Below, in pieces: positions 27,065-35,666 of a stretch of DNA of 54,334 nt. Made by a program: the position numbers and the translations under genes. Origin of the DNA: a virus. Its lineage: Duplodnaviria > Caudoviricetes. The notes under the pieces are model-generated. The model saw only the letters and a list, made by a program, of their open reading frames with translations, was not told the origin of the DNA and searched no databases. The first letter of the stretch is position 1; each line of letters opens with the position of its first letter. Location of the stretch: positions 1 to 54,334 of the IMG/VR virus record IMGVR_UViG_3300048849_000181; one strand, given 5' to 3'.

Positions 27065-27721
27065 TTATAGGTTTTCCATTACCGCGTCCAACTCTGCGTC
27101 AGTCGCTACTTTTACTTTGCCTACTTGCTGCCCAAACGCAGCAGCCGGCCTATCACCACCTAATCCTGCATTCGATTGCTCCTGGATAAAATCAGCTGCA
27201 TCAGTTTCGGTTTCTGCGAGGTAGTCGTTAAACTCTTCATCAGTATCGAACTTCATGCGGTTGAAATCTTTGATTGCTTTGTTTTTGAAAGCATCAGGAG
27301 TGTTCTCAAGGATCTTGGCAAGCTGTTCCTTGCGGGTATTTGTCACTTTTTCACCTTTGATGGATGCTACTTCACCGGTTAAAGCCGCGATACCTGCAAG
27401 CGCTTGTTTTAAAAGCTTTTCGGTAGGCGTTTCTGCTGGATCAGGCGCGGGTGCAGGTGGTATAGGCGGTGTAGGGTTAGCTGGATCAACAGGATCACTT
27501 TCCGTTTCCTTTTTAAGCCTCAATCGTTCACGATCATCATCCCTTGCCATATCGGCAAATGCATAAAAATCATTGAACGTGTCTAAGACATCATCAATCT
27601 GGCCCACCTCTGTAACCTTTGCATCTACCTTCGCTGCAATGGCATCAATTCTTTTGTTCGATAAGTTTACACCTGGGTACTTAGCCTTCAGTTGCGCCTT
27701 AATCTCTTTGATAAGTGACAT
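27065..27721 (-). CDS. Capsid scaffolding protein
   Basis: Charged helical protein with Pro-rich hinge; start MSLIKEIK. Confidence 0.65.
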   Translation of the reverse strand: MSLIKEIKAQLKAKYPGVNLSNKRIDAIAAKVDAKVTEVGQIDDVLDTFNDFYAFADMARDDDRERLRLKKETESDPVDPANPTPPIPPAPAPDPAETPTEKLLKQALAGIAALTGEVASIKGEKVTNTRKEQLAKILENTPDAFKNKAIKDFNRMKFDTDEEFNDYLAETETDAADFIQEQSNAGLGGDRPAAAFGQQVGKVKVATDAELDAVMENL

Positions 27722-27791
27722 AAATAGTTTGTTTGGGTTAGTTAATGCTAAGTTGCAGCCGGTAATTACTCGTATACACCTTGCGTGAACC

Positions 27792-27854
27792 CAAAAGTAG
27801 CCCGGGGGAATAAGGGCATGAAGAGGAGGTTTTGACAATAGTATATATTGTCAA
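27792..27854 (-). promoter_or_regulatory. Late-type promoter 5 (scaffold/capsid operon)
   Basis: TACTTTTG at 27792-27799; palindrome TTGACAATagtatatATTGTCAA at 27832-27854. Confidence 0.75.
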
Positions 27855-27998
27855 ATAATTTGTGCAGATAGCTATGGTTATTGACTTTGTAAGCGATCGT
27901 GCTCTCTAATGGTAGAACCGAATGAATTCCAACTTATCCCTTATCGGACTTGGAAAGCATGTATATTGGTCTCTAAAAGAAAAAACAAGAGATGAGTG

Positions 27999-28844
27999 TC
28001 AATTAGCATCTTGCCGTACCATCGTGGTTCTAATTGCGGCAAAATCGGAAAGTGTTTTTAGGGTCTTGTATTGTTCGTCTGCCTGTAAAAACAATTGATT
28101 CTCTTTCTCGTCACCCTCTTTAGTCAACTTAGAATACCTAAATGCAAGTTTTCTACTAAATGGATTGATTACAAAGCTCTGAATCAAATAGGTGATTCCA
28201 TTTTCGAGAAAATAATCTTGATGAATTTCCCATTCATGTATGGACGTAACACCATCCGAATTTTTTTTAGTGACATCCCACTTGCCTACGATCACGCTTC
28301 CATCAACCTTTTGGAGCCTATCTATGTCATCAATAAGGGCGACGAACTTTCTGGATTCCGTGTCAAGACTCTGCTGTAATTCTATTTTCTCCAGCTTCAT
28401 CTTGGTGTTGTCGTCGATGAGTTCACTCTCAGCGTCAACTACTTCATTCAACTTTTTAATCGTATCACTGTGCTCATCTCGCAGCTTAATATATTTCATT
28501 ACTGGCATGCGGCCAGCCTTGGATGCTTCGAGAATATCAGTCTCGTTTTTTGCTTCAATCTCAGCATGAAACAACTTTACTCGTGCTTTGATGTATGGAA
28601 ATAGAAAAGTATAAAATAGGCTTATAAGTGCTGGATAAACCAACATTTTATAGTTGCTGTAATTTCCTTTAATCAACTGAATATAGGACGAGTAACCATC
28701 GCTTTTCAAATCCGCTGTTGAGTAAAAAAATAAGGCAACGGGAATACTCCAGTTAAAAAGCAGCCAGGCGATTACAAAGGATGAAACAAGGGGATTGCTT
28801 GCGCGATCCTTTAGATCGGATAAGAATTCTTTGAACGGTTCCAT
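27999..28844 (-). CDS. Membrane moron protein (2 TM, coiled coil, C-terminal beta domain)
   Basis: NPLVSSFVIAWLLFNW and LVYPALISLFYTFLFP TM segments; AT-rich. Confidence 0.7.
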   Translation of the reverse strand: MEPFKEFLSDLKDRASNPLVSSFVIAWLLFNWSIPVALFFYSTADLKSDGYSSYIQLIKGNYSNYKMLVYPALISLFYTFLFPYIKARVKLFHAEIEAKNETDILEASKAGRMPVMKYIKLRDEHSDTIKKLNEVVDAESELIDDNTKMKLEKIELQQSLDTESRKFVALIDDIDRLQKVDGSVIVGKWDVTKKNSDGVTSIHEWEIHQDYFLENGITYLIQSFVINPFSRKLAFRYSKLTKEGDEKENQLFLQADEQYKTLKTLSDFAAIRTTMVRQDAN

Positions 28845-28931
28845 GAGCGTTAATTGATGCTCTAAGATATGTAAGAAATCTATTCTTGCAAATCGACATT
28901 TCTCGTATATTGTAAACCATATCTAAATAAC

Positions 28932-29633
28932 ATGCTCTCACTTCTACAAAAAGCGATTATAAAGGCTCCCCCTACTGTTACCGATTCTTTAAAACACTCA
29001 CTTGCCGAGATGCAGCACAAGGTTGATAGTCTCGAAAAGGTAGTGATAAAAACGGAAATCGGAACTGGATTTTTTTCTGAAGCACTAGCAACCAACCTGT
29101 CGCTTTTTGTAGCAATAATCGGGTTATCCGGGTTGATCGGATGGCGGTATTTTCAAACAATTTTAAGAAATCATAAAAAGGATATAGATGTGAAGGTAAA
29201 TAAAAGCGTAACCAGTCTCGAATCAACAATAACTGAACAATATGGAACCCTTAACACGGATCTCCAGAAGACCGTTCATGATGTGAACCGAGCGATGTAT
29301 GCTAATTTTATGAATGATGAATACCCTCTAATTGCATTTGATTGGGGACTTTCTTGCGCAGAGTCTGCATGGGTCACCTATCCTGAAGACGTAAATAAAG
29401 TGGAGCTGTGGCTTGATGCTGTCGAAAAACACCTCAAGGGTATATCGGTTGGTGACCCGAGACTCATTAAAGATTTAGAACGTTATGATGAAAAATTTAG
29501 AAAGCTCGAAGAAATTGAGAATGATGTAATAAAGGAGAAGCTGACGATTGTAAAAAAAGAATTCTATCACCTCGTATATTCTAAGCCAGAACCGCCGGAG
29601 AACATAATGGAAAATGAGAACCCACCTTTATAG
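28932..29633 (+). CDS. Single-TM moron protein
   Basis: LSLFVAIIGLSGLIGW TM; opposite strand within head module. Confidence 0.7.
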   Translation: MLSLLQKAIIKAPPTVTDSLKHSLAEMQHKVDSLEKVVIKTEIGTGFFSEALATNLSLFVAIIGLSGLIGWRYFQTILRNHKKDIDVKVNKSVTSLESTITEQYGTLNTDLQKTVHDVNRAMYANFMNDEYPLIAFDWGLSCAESAWVTYPEDVNKVELWLDAVEKHLKGISVGDPRLIKDLERYDEKFRKLEEIENDVIKEKLTIVKKEFYHLVYSKPEPPENIMENENPPL

Positions 29634-30698
29634 TTAGATATTGGCAAGGAGCTTCAACAAGCGATCCTTATTATCTCGATAGAAGTAAGGCAAGTTCTTC
29701 CACCCCATCATCCGCTCATTATTGTCTTTGATCCACTTAATTGCTTTATCCGGCAGCGATTCGATGCGCACGCCTTTCTGCAGCTCCTTCACAGCCTCTG
29801 GCGTGTCTTCTCCCCTTGCAATTAAACGCTGGTACTTCGACATCATCTCATCACTCATAAGTATCGGAATTTTAAAGCAAAGACAATTTGGATGCCACCC
29901 TTTCCAATCAAACCATACAGGGTAACTTCCTTCCATGGTCCGGCATAGTTCGCACCTGGTCTTAGGCTTTGCTGTGGCAGATAACCTGATCTCATAACCA
30001 AGCACTAAAGCATTATCCTGGTAAGTCGCACCATCGGCCGCTCTTAACGCCATGTTCAACTCTGTTCGAGCTAAACGTTCGCTGTTTTTTGCAGCAGACC
30101 TATACACACCCTGCCCTGGATTATAGGCCTTCGCCGGCTTACTCAACTTAAGCTTTCCCCTAGCATCACGAACCCGGCGGAACAACCTGTCAGGCTCACG
30201 TAAGTCCTGTCTGATCTCCCGGCCGATTTGCTTCGCACTTTTACCTTCGGCAAGACCAACATCAAGCGCCATATCAACGTTGTTCTTGAACTGTTCAGCA
30301 GACTTCCAAACACGATCAGATAAGGTGAGGCCGTTCTGCTTACGCTGGATAAAAGCTTCCATTCTGTTGGTGGTAGGCTTAAACAGGGCCTCCTTGATCT
30401 TTGGCGGTATCTCATAACCTTCGAGCCGCTTTTCAAAGTAAGCAACGTTCTTGTGGTGCGAGCTGCTCCATGAATACTTGATACCAGATTCAATAATGCC
30501 GGTGGTATTCTTTACAAACTCCTTCATCATCTTGTTAAGCTTACGCTGTATAACAAGCACCTGGGCACCTGATTCAATCAAAGGCACAAGCTGCGCCATG
30601 ATCACGTTGTACTGCTTTTCAATTGCAGCAACCACCTTATCCTGGTTCTTGAAGTGATCCTTTTCGTACTCTTTGTTTATTTGCTCGCTGGTGGGCAT
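29634..30698 (-). CDS. Head morphogenesis (minor head, SPP1 gp7/Mu F-like) protein
   Basis: RLARTE, CELC, WHPNCLC motifs; after portal. Confidence 0.8.
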   Translation of the reverse strand: MPTSEQINKEYEKDHFKNQDKVVAAIEKQYNVIMAQLVPLIESGAQVLVIQRKLNKMMKEFVKNTTGIIESGIKYSWSSSHHKNVAYFEKRLEGYEIPPKIKEALFKPTTNRMEAFIQRKQNGLTLSDRVWKSAEQFKNNVDMALDVGLAEGKSAKQIGREIRQDLREPDRLFRRVRDARGKLKLSKPAKAYNPGQGVYRSAAKNSERLARTELNMALRAADGATYQDNALVLGYEIRLSATAKPKTRCELCRTMEGSYPVWFDWKGWHPNCLCFKIPILMSDEMMSKYQRLIARGEDTPEAVKELQKGVRIESLPDKAIKWIKDNNERMMGWKNLPYFYRDNKDRLLKLLANI

Positions 30699-30699
30699 A

Positions 30700-30942
30700 C
30701 TAGTACTTCTCCATTATCAGGTAGGTATAACCGGCATATTGACCAGCCACAACAAACGACTTCACAATCCATCCTTGCTTTGACAGATTCTTAATGTCTG
30801 AGATTGCTTCCTGATCGTTGCTGTAATACTTGACAAATACTTGCTTAGGAACAGCCGGGGTGCAGATAATCCGGCTTGTAACTACTGATGATGATATGGA
30901 TACAATCGCAACAGCGATCAACATTAGTAGGTGCTTTTTCAT
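30700..30942 (-). CDS. Small exported/membrane-anchored protein
   Basis: MKKHLLMLIAVAIVSIS signal-like N-terminus; LSKQGWIV motif; start reassigned to 30942. Confidence 0.55.
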   Translation of the reverse strand: MKKHLLMLIAVAIVSISSSVVTSRIICTPAVPKQVFVKYYSNDQEAISDIKNLSKQGWIVKSFVVAGQYAGYTYLIMEKY

Positions 30943-30952
30943 AAAATCTGAC

Positions 30953-32434
30953 TTAAACTGTTTCTTCTTCAATCTCTCTACCCAACGTATCCTGCTCACC
31001 CTTAATAGCCAGCACCTCAGCTGCATCATCATCAGTAAGGCCAGCCATTTTAACCGCTGTAGAGAGCGAAGCAATACCTCCCTGATAAGCCACTGATGCG
31101 TTATCAATGCTATCCCGCTGATCATCGATCCGGAACAATGTGAACTTAGGTGTCATATGAAGGTTTTTAGATGGCAGAAGTGTTGTGTTAATTGCCACGC
31201 ATGCAGATTTCAAGAAGTTAAGCTCGCGTTGAGCGCACTCACCGTAGGTATCATCCAGTTTGTTCTGTGCAGCTAAGTGTGCATCCATCAATATCCGGTC
31301 AAACGCCACGCCTGAAGGTGAAGTGCCTAAACCTTTCATTTCCTTGAAGCTGATGTTTGGTGTCTGCGTACAGGTATAGATGAAATCAAGGCTGGTTTCA
31401 ATCTCAAGCTTGATGGACTCAGGCGCCTGCTCCCAGGTTACATACTTGATGTCGGCTTTATCTCCCTGCAGTGTTACAACCTTACCTTGCTCTCCTTTGT
31501 CAGCGAATCCCTTGATTGTTCCTGTAACAACAAGGATTGGCGAACCATTGTAATCATTGGTATCCGCGAAGTTCGAAAGCATTGTTTCAAGCCTCGATAT
31601 TACAGACTGAACGTCGGCCCACTCTGGTCGATCCTGCGGGTAATAGATGATGGGTATCTTACCATAAGAATGAGCGGTCTTTTCAGTGAGTAGCCATCCG
31701 GTTCCCTCCTTTTGAAATTTAAACACGAAGGTGTCTGTGTAGATATCGACATGCTCAATCTTGTCGTTTGCCGACTTAATCACATCAGCGGTGACTTCTA
31801 CACTCGTAACATCTTTGGTGGTGGTGTATTTACGCCCAAAGTAAACAAGATCACCCAGGCCGTTGAAAACAGGCAGCAGCTCATCACCGAGTAAAGGACT
31901 CAACACACGCATGCGCATCCGTTTTGTGGCTTTCGGTGCAAGTTCTTCCCAGTACCCTGCTTGTACATCCTCACTGTACCAAAGGGCAGCGCACTGAAGC
32001 TCTGACATCATTCGCTTAGCTATCTCCTTGGCCCGGTACTTCAGCTTGTTATCCTCCCGGCATTTTTTAACCATGGCCAGTAGGGTTTCATCCTGCTTTG
32101 TTTTGGTCTTGCAATCAATCTCCATGTTACCCACGTTCATGAAAGCAACCCGGCGATTAACAATAAGCTTTTGCAGAGGAAGCGCAATCCGGTTAACCTC
32201 TTCGTACGTGGTAGTCAGAATGTCTTTATTATCAGCATCCTTCAGGCCAGACGGCTTCTGAACTTTCTTCTTCTTGCGCAGCGTTTCATCAAACACATCA
32301 TGCTGAGCTGTATCGTACTGTTTGGTGGCTACATCCAGCCCTTCTACCTTCTGCCCAACGGTCAATACCAAATCAACCAAAGGCGCTTCATCTGCCACCT
32401 TACTCACCACTACCTCTTTTGTTTTCTTTGCCAT
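30953..32434 (-). CDS. Portal protein (SPP1 gp6-like)
   Basis: 493 aa after terminase; GKIPIIYY, SNFADTNDYNGSPIL, SGVA motifs. Confidence 0.85.
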   Translation of the reverse strand: MAKKTKEVVVSKVADEAPLVDLVLTVGQKVEGLDVATKQYDTAQHDVFDETLRKKKKVQKPSGLKDADNKDILTTTYEEVNRIALPLQKLIVNRRVAFMNVGNMEIDCKTKTKQDETLLAMVKKCREDNKLKYRAKEIAKRMMSELQCAALWYSEDVQAGYWEELAPKATKRMRMRVLSPLLGDELLPVFNGLGDLVYFGRKYTTTKDVTSVEVTADVIKSANDKIEHVDIYTDTFVFKFQKEGTGWLLTEKTAHSYGKIPIIYYPQDRPEWADVQSVISRLETMLSNFADTNDYNGSPILVVTGTIKGFADKGEQGKVVTLQGDKADIKYVTWEQAPESIKLEIETSLDFIYTCTQTPNISFKEMKGLGTSPSGVAFDRILMDAHLAAQNKLDDTYGECAQRELNFLKSACVAINTTLLPSKNLHMTPKFTLFRIDDQRDSIDNASVAYQGGIASLSTAVKMAGLTDDDAAEVLAIKGEQDTLGREIEEETV

Positions 32435-32440
32435 CTTATC

Positions 32441-33886
32441 TTATCCAAATACGCTCAACACGCTTGTATCACTGTCTATGTTGTCTAAACCGAAGAACTC
32501 AACCATTCCAGTAAGCGTATCTGGAGCATCATCATGCTCGTTACCGCCGCGGGACGAATAGTTGGTTACATGGTTGTAAAATATCGGCCATCGGGTATCC
32601 CATCCTTCAGGCATTATGATCAGGTTCGTTACTGAACTTGAATTGGTCATGATCCGGGCGATCTTATTTTCCCCCTGGTGGAACCAACCGATTTCAGTTT
32701 TATGGTTTCCAGCAAGCCGCGTCTGATCTTCCACGTTACGAGCGAAACCGCGGCCCCCGTTATTTGATTCTACCCTTGCAAGCTCTACACCATGGTTAAG
32801 AAGTTGACGAGCTGTAAGCGGCTCTGTAGTTTCCATTCCTGCTTGGGTATAGATCACATCCAGAACATAGATGTAAAGTTCCGTTTCATGGTACGCAATG
32901 GAGCACAGGTAATCCTTACCTTGATCGGCAGTATCCACATAAGCCTTGCGCATTTTCTTCGCTGAGTATGGTATTTCGGTGTACGTTTTGAATCCTGAAT
33001 ACAGCAACCCTTCTTTTGGTTGAGGATCCTGCTGGTAAAGGCTACCAAATACATGCGGATTACGGTCACGAACCTTCTGCAGCTTCTCAAGATTATGTTT
33101 TTCCGGATACAGCGCCTCGCCTTCTTGCCGGGGATCGTAATTGTTCGGTGGTCCAAGTTTGATGGCTGGGTAAACAACAATTTCCCAATCCTTGCCTTCA
33201 GTTTTAATCAAGCGGCCGGCAAGATCTTCCGGATGCCAGCGCGTAAATACAAGCAGCTGCTGACTATCATTGTGAAGCCTGGACTCTCCTACAGTATCAT
33301 ACCATTCCTGAACGTTATTACGAATCGTTGGTGACCAAGCAGCCATGGCGTCCTTGTACAAATCATCCATGATCAGTATGTCAACCGTTTCACCGGTAAG
33401 CGGACCGCCGACACCCACTGACCGCAGGCCACCAGTGTGACCTACAACCTCGAACTCGTCGTTTGTTCTGGTATAGCCATCGTTGCCGTTTGATAGGCGG
33501 GTATCCGGAAACAGCTCCTTATAAACCGGCTCATCGATGATCCGCTGCACCTCTCTGTTGAACTTTCGTGCTTTGGTGGAGTTGTAGCAGACAATTGCAA
33601 TCTTCAGATCAGGGTTTCGGCCGAGAATGAACGCGGGCGCTCTCCTGGTTGATCCCTCGGATTTACCATGTTGCGGCGGAACAAACACCATCAGCTTTTT
33701 AATCTTGCCATCAACAAAGTCGTTTAGCTTGCTGTAGTAAGATTTATGGAACCAGGTAGGATTGAACCGTGGGAATGTTGCTTTTGTAAATGGTAGCAGA
33801 TGACTTCTACATGCACGGGTATTACGCTCCAGGATAAGCGTCCTGAGCCTTGCTTCTTGTGCCGATATTGCCTGTGCAGCTATCAT
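32441..33886 (-). CDS. Terminase large subunit
   Basis: VPPQHGKS Walker A, ILIMDD Walker B, TRWHPEDLAG, LYQQDP, HDDAPD nuclease motif. Confidence 0.93.
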   Translation of the reverse strand: MIAAQAISAQEARLRTLILERNTRACRSHLLPFTKATFPRFNPTWFHKSYYSKLNDFVDGKIKKLMVFVPPQHGKSEGSTRRAPAFILGRNPDLKIAIVCYNSTKARKFNREVQRIIDEPVYKELFPDTRLSNGNDGYTRTNDEFEVVGHTGGLRSVGVGGPLTGETVDILIMDDLYKDAMAAWSPTIRNNVQEWYDTVGESRLHNDSQQLLVFTRWHPEDLAGRLIKTEGKDWEIVVYPAIKLGPPNNYDPRQEGEALYPEKHNLEKLQKVRDRNPHVFGSLYQQDPQPKEGLLYSGFKTYTEIPYSAKKMRKAYVDTADQGKDYLCSIAYHETELYIYVLDVIYTQAGMETTEPLTARQLLNHGVELARVESNNGGRGFARNVEDQTRLAGNHKTEIGWFHQGENKIARIMTNSSSVTNLIIMPEGWDTRWPIFYNHVTNYSSRGGNEHDDAPDTLTGMVEFFGLDNIDSDTSVLSVFG

Positions 33887-34485
33887 CGAGATAATTCATC
33901 AATAAGTTTGTTTAGCTCATCATCAGTAAGCGAAGGAATAAGCTCTTTACCATCCTTGCCGGTCAGCTCTTTTTTCTCCGGAGCATACAATCCAAGCAGC
34001 TTCCGGCGCTCTATACGAAGCTTGTTGATCAGGTCCTGATAACGAGGATCACCAAACAGGATCTCTTCCTTTTCGGTCTGCTCAATGGCTGTAGTTTGAA
34101 TCTTTGCTTCAGCGTCTGTAAGTGCACCACCTGGGCCAACCGCTTTGCCGCCTCGGGCAGCTACGCCTGACTGTTTTTTGGATTTAAGCTTCTGATCAGT
34201 CTTTGACCGGTCCCAGGCAATCCATAGTTCTTGTATCTGGGCATCAATAGCCTCAAGCTCTAACTGGATAGCTGCATCCACATCGTCAATGCGGGTTTTG
34301 CGCCACTCTGCGAGCAGGTGATCCACGTCACTCTTTACAGTGGAGACAGAGTAGGTTTGCAGATTCTCACGCTTCATTACTTCCTCGCGGATCTGTCTCA
34401 TGTTGTAGCCGCGCTTGTACAGCTCTCCGACGATCACCAGCCTGGCTTCTTTAATTTGCTTTGCGGTTTTGTATGGTGCGGCCAT
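33883..34485 (-). CDS. Terminase small subunit
   Basis: N-terminal HTH, RKLLGL, C-terminal ELTGKDGK; overlaps large subunit gene. Confidence 0.75.
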   Translation of the reverse strand: MAAPYKTAKQIKEARLVIVGELYKRGYNMRQIREEVMKRENLQTYSVSTVKSDVDHLLAEWRKTRIDDVDAAIQLELEAIDAQIQELWIAWDRSKTDQKLKSKKQSGVAARGGKAVGPGGALTDAEAKIQTTAIEQTEKEEILFGDPRYQDLINKLRIERRKLLGLYAPEKKELTGKDGKELIPSLTDDELNKLIDELSR

Positions 34486-34486
34486 G

Positions 34487-35185
34487 CTATTCTTTGATCG
34501 AGGCCCCCGGATACCCCTTTAAGAGTTCTTCAACTTCAAGCTTTACTGTGTCGTATACTTGGAGGTCATCGAAGACGATCATAAGCACCGGAACAGGCGG
34601 AGTAGCTTCGCCTAAACTCGTTTCCTCTGGCGTATTCTCCTTTTCAAAATCATCCTGCGCAGCATCTATGGCGGTACTTATGTCTGGAATGATCATTCCC
34701 CAATCTTCGAGCTCTATCTGGTCCCATTCGTTTGCAAGCATTTCGAACGAGTCATTTCCAAACGACACATTATCCTTGATGACTATTGCCCGAAGCTTAG
34801 CCACCGGCGTATTCTCAGGAAGAATCTTGCAAGGAATAGATTTGGATGCGCGTAGGTTGTTGATAGCCGCCACCCAGGAATTAAAATCAAGCTCAGGATC
34901 TGCATTCTTTTCAGCAAGCAACTCACTGTAGGCAACCTCATCCATATTCATTACTTCGATGGTTGCTCTCAGCCGCATGTTCCCGGCGATAACGACATAA
35001 GCCGCCGCATAAGGGTAGACAATGCACTCGCGCAGCTCAAGCATCTCTGGATCATCCTGGATGGATCTAACTAGCTTCTCGTAACGCTCGTCACGGATGA
35101 AGCGAGGGTTTTGAGGAAGACCTGGTATCTGCCCGGTATTGGGCCATATTTCAACGGTAGGAATGTTTTTGATTTGTACGCTCAT
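34487..35185 (-). CDS. ParB/Srx-like N-terminal domain protein
   Basis: QNPRFI..L..SI, VIAGNMRLRA, IKDN motifs. Confidence 0.75.
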   Translation of the reverse strand: MSVQIKNIPTVEIWPNTGQIPGLPQNPRFIRDERYEKLVRSIQDDPEMLELRECIVYPYAAAYVVIAGNMRLRATIEVMNMDEVAYSELLAEKNADPELDFNSWVAAINNLRASKSIPCKILPENTPVAKLRAIVIKDNVSFGNDSFEMLANEWDQIELEDWGMIIPDISTAIDAAQDDFEKENTPEETSLGEATPPVPVLMIVFDDLQVYDTVKLEVEELLKGYPGASIKE

Positions 35186-35595
35186 GCTTTGCCCTCCTGA
35201 TGTAAGTATTGATCGACAATGGTTGCAACCGAAGCCTTGAAACTTTTAATACTCATGTACGCCCGGGCCTGGCCGATGTAGTACGAAGCATTCTGTCCAG
35301 AATCTCCCAGGCATTCAGCAAGGGATCTGCGCAGTCCGTTCTTAAGCTTGCAGTCGATGATCAGGGCATCCGGATTGAAAAGGCGCAGGATAACCGCTAT
35401 GAACAGCAGCTTATCCAGGTAGTGGCTCTGTGGCTTGCGGGAGAGAGAAACAAACGAGTAGATATCCCGGATCATAATAAGATCATGCATCACCGGCGTT
35501 ATGCCGGTTTGAACCTCTTGGATAAGTTCTGGATGAGTGACTGCAAGCACCTTAAGTACCCTTGCATCAATCATCAACTGTTTTACATCTGCCAC
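35182..35595 (-). CDS. Hypothetical protein, possible helical DNA-binding regulator
   Basis: First gene of packaging operon, GTG start; LRRSLAECLG..NASY HTH-like segment. Confidence 0.5.
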   Translation of the reverse strand: MADVKQLMIDARVLKVLAVTHPELIQEVQTGITPVMHDLIMIRDIYSFVSLSRKPQSHYLDKLLFIAVILRLFNPDALIIDCKLKNGLRRSLAECLGDSGQNASYYIGQARAYMSIKSFKASVATIVDQYLHQEGKA

Positions 35596-35614
35596 GCGTT
35601 TCCCTTTGTTTGCT

Positions 35615-35659
35615 CAAAGCTACAAAGATAACATAACATAACCAAAAGGTTATGTTATG
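35615..35659 (-). promoter_or_regulatory. Promoter of packaging operon with perfect operator palindrome
   Basis: TAGCTTTG at 35615-35622, TTG 20 nt upstream; CATAACATAACC-AAAA-GGTTATGTTATG at 35632-35659. Confidence 0.7.
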
Positions 35660-35666
35660 AAAGCGA

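Noticed and set aside
1890-27854. Palindromes as CRISPR repeats or shufflon sites
   Set aside because: Copies are kilobases apart with no spacer periodicity, and no cas or invertase gene is in the window; fixed spacing to -7 boxes favours promoters
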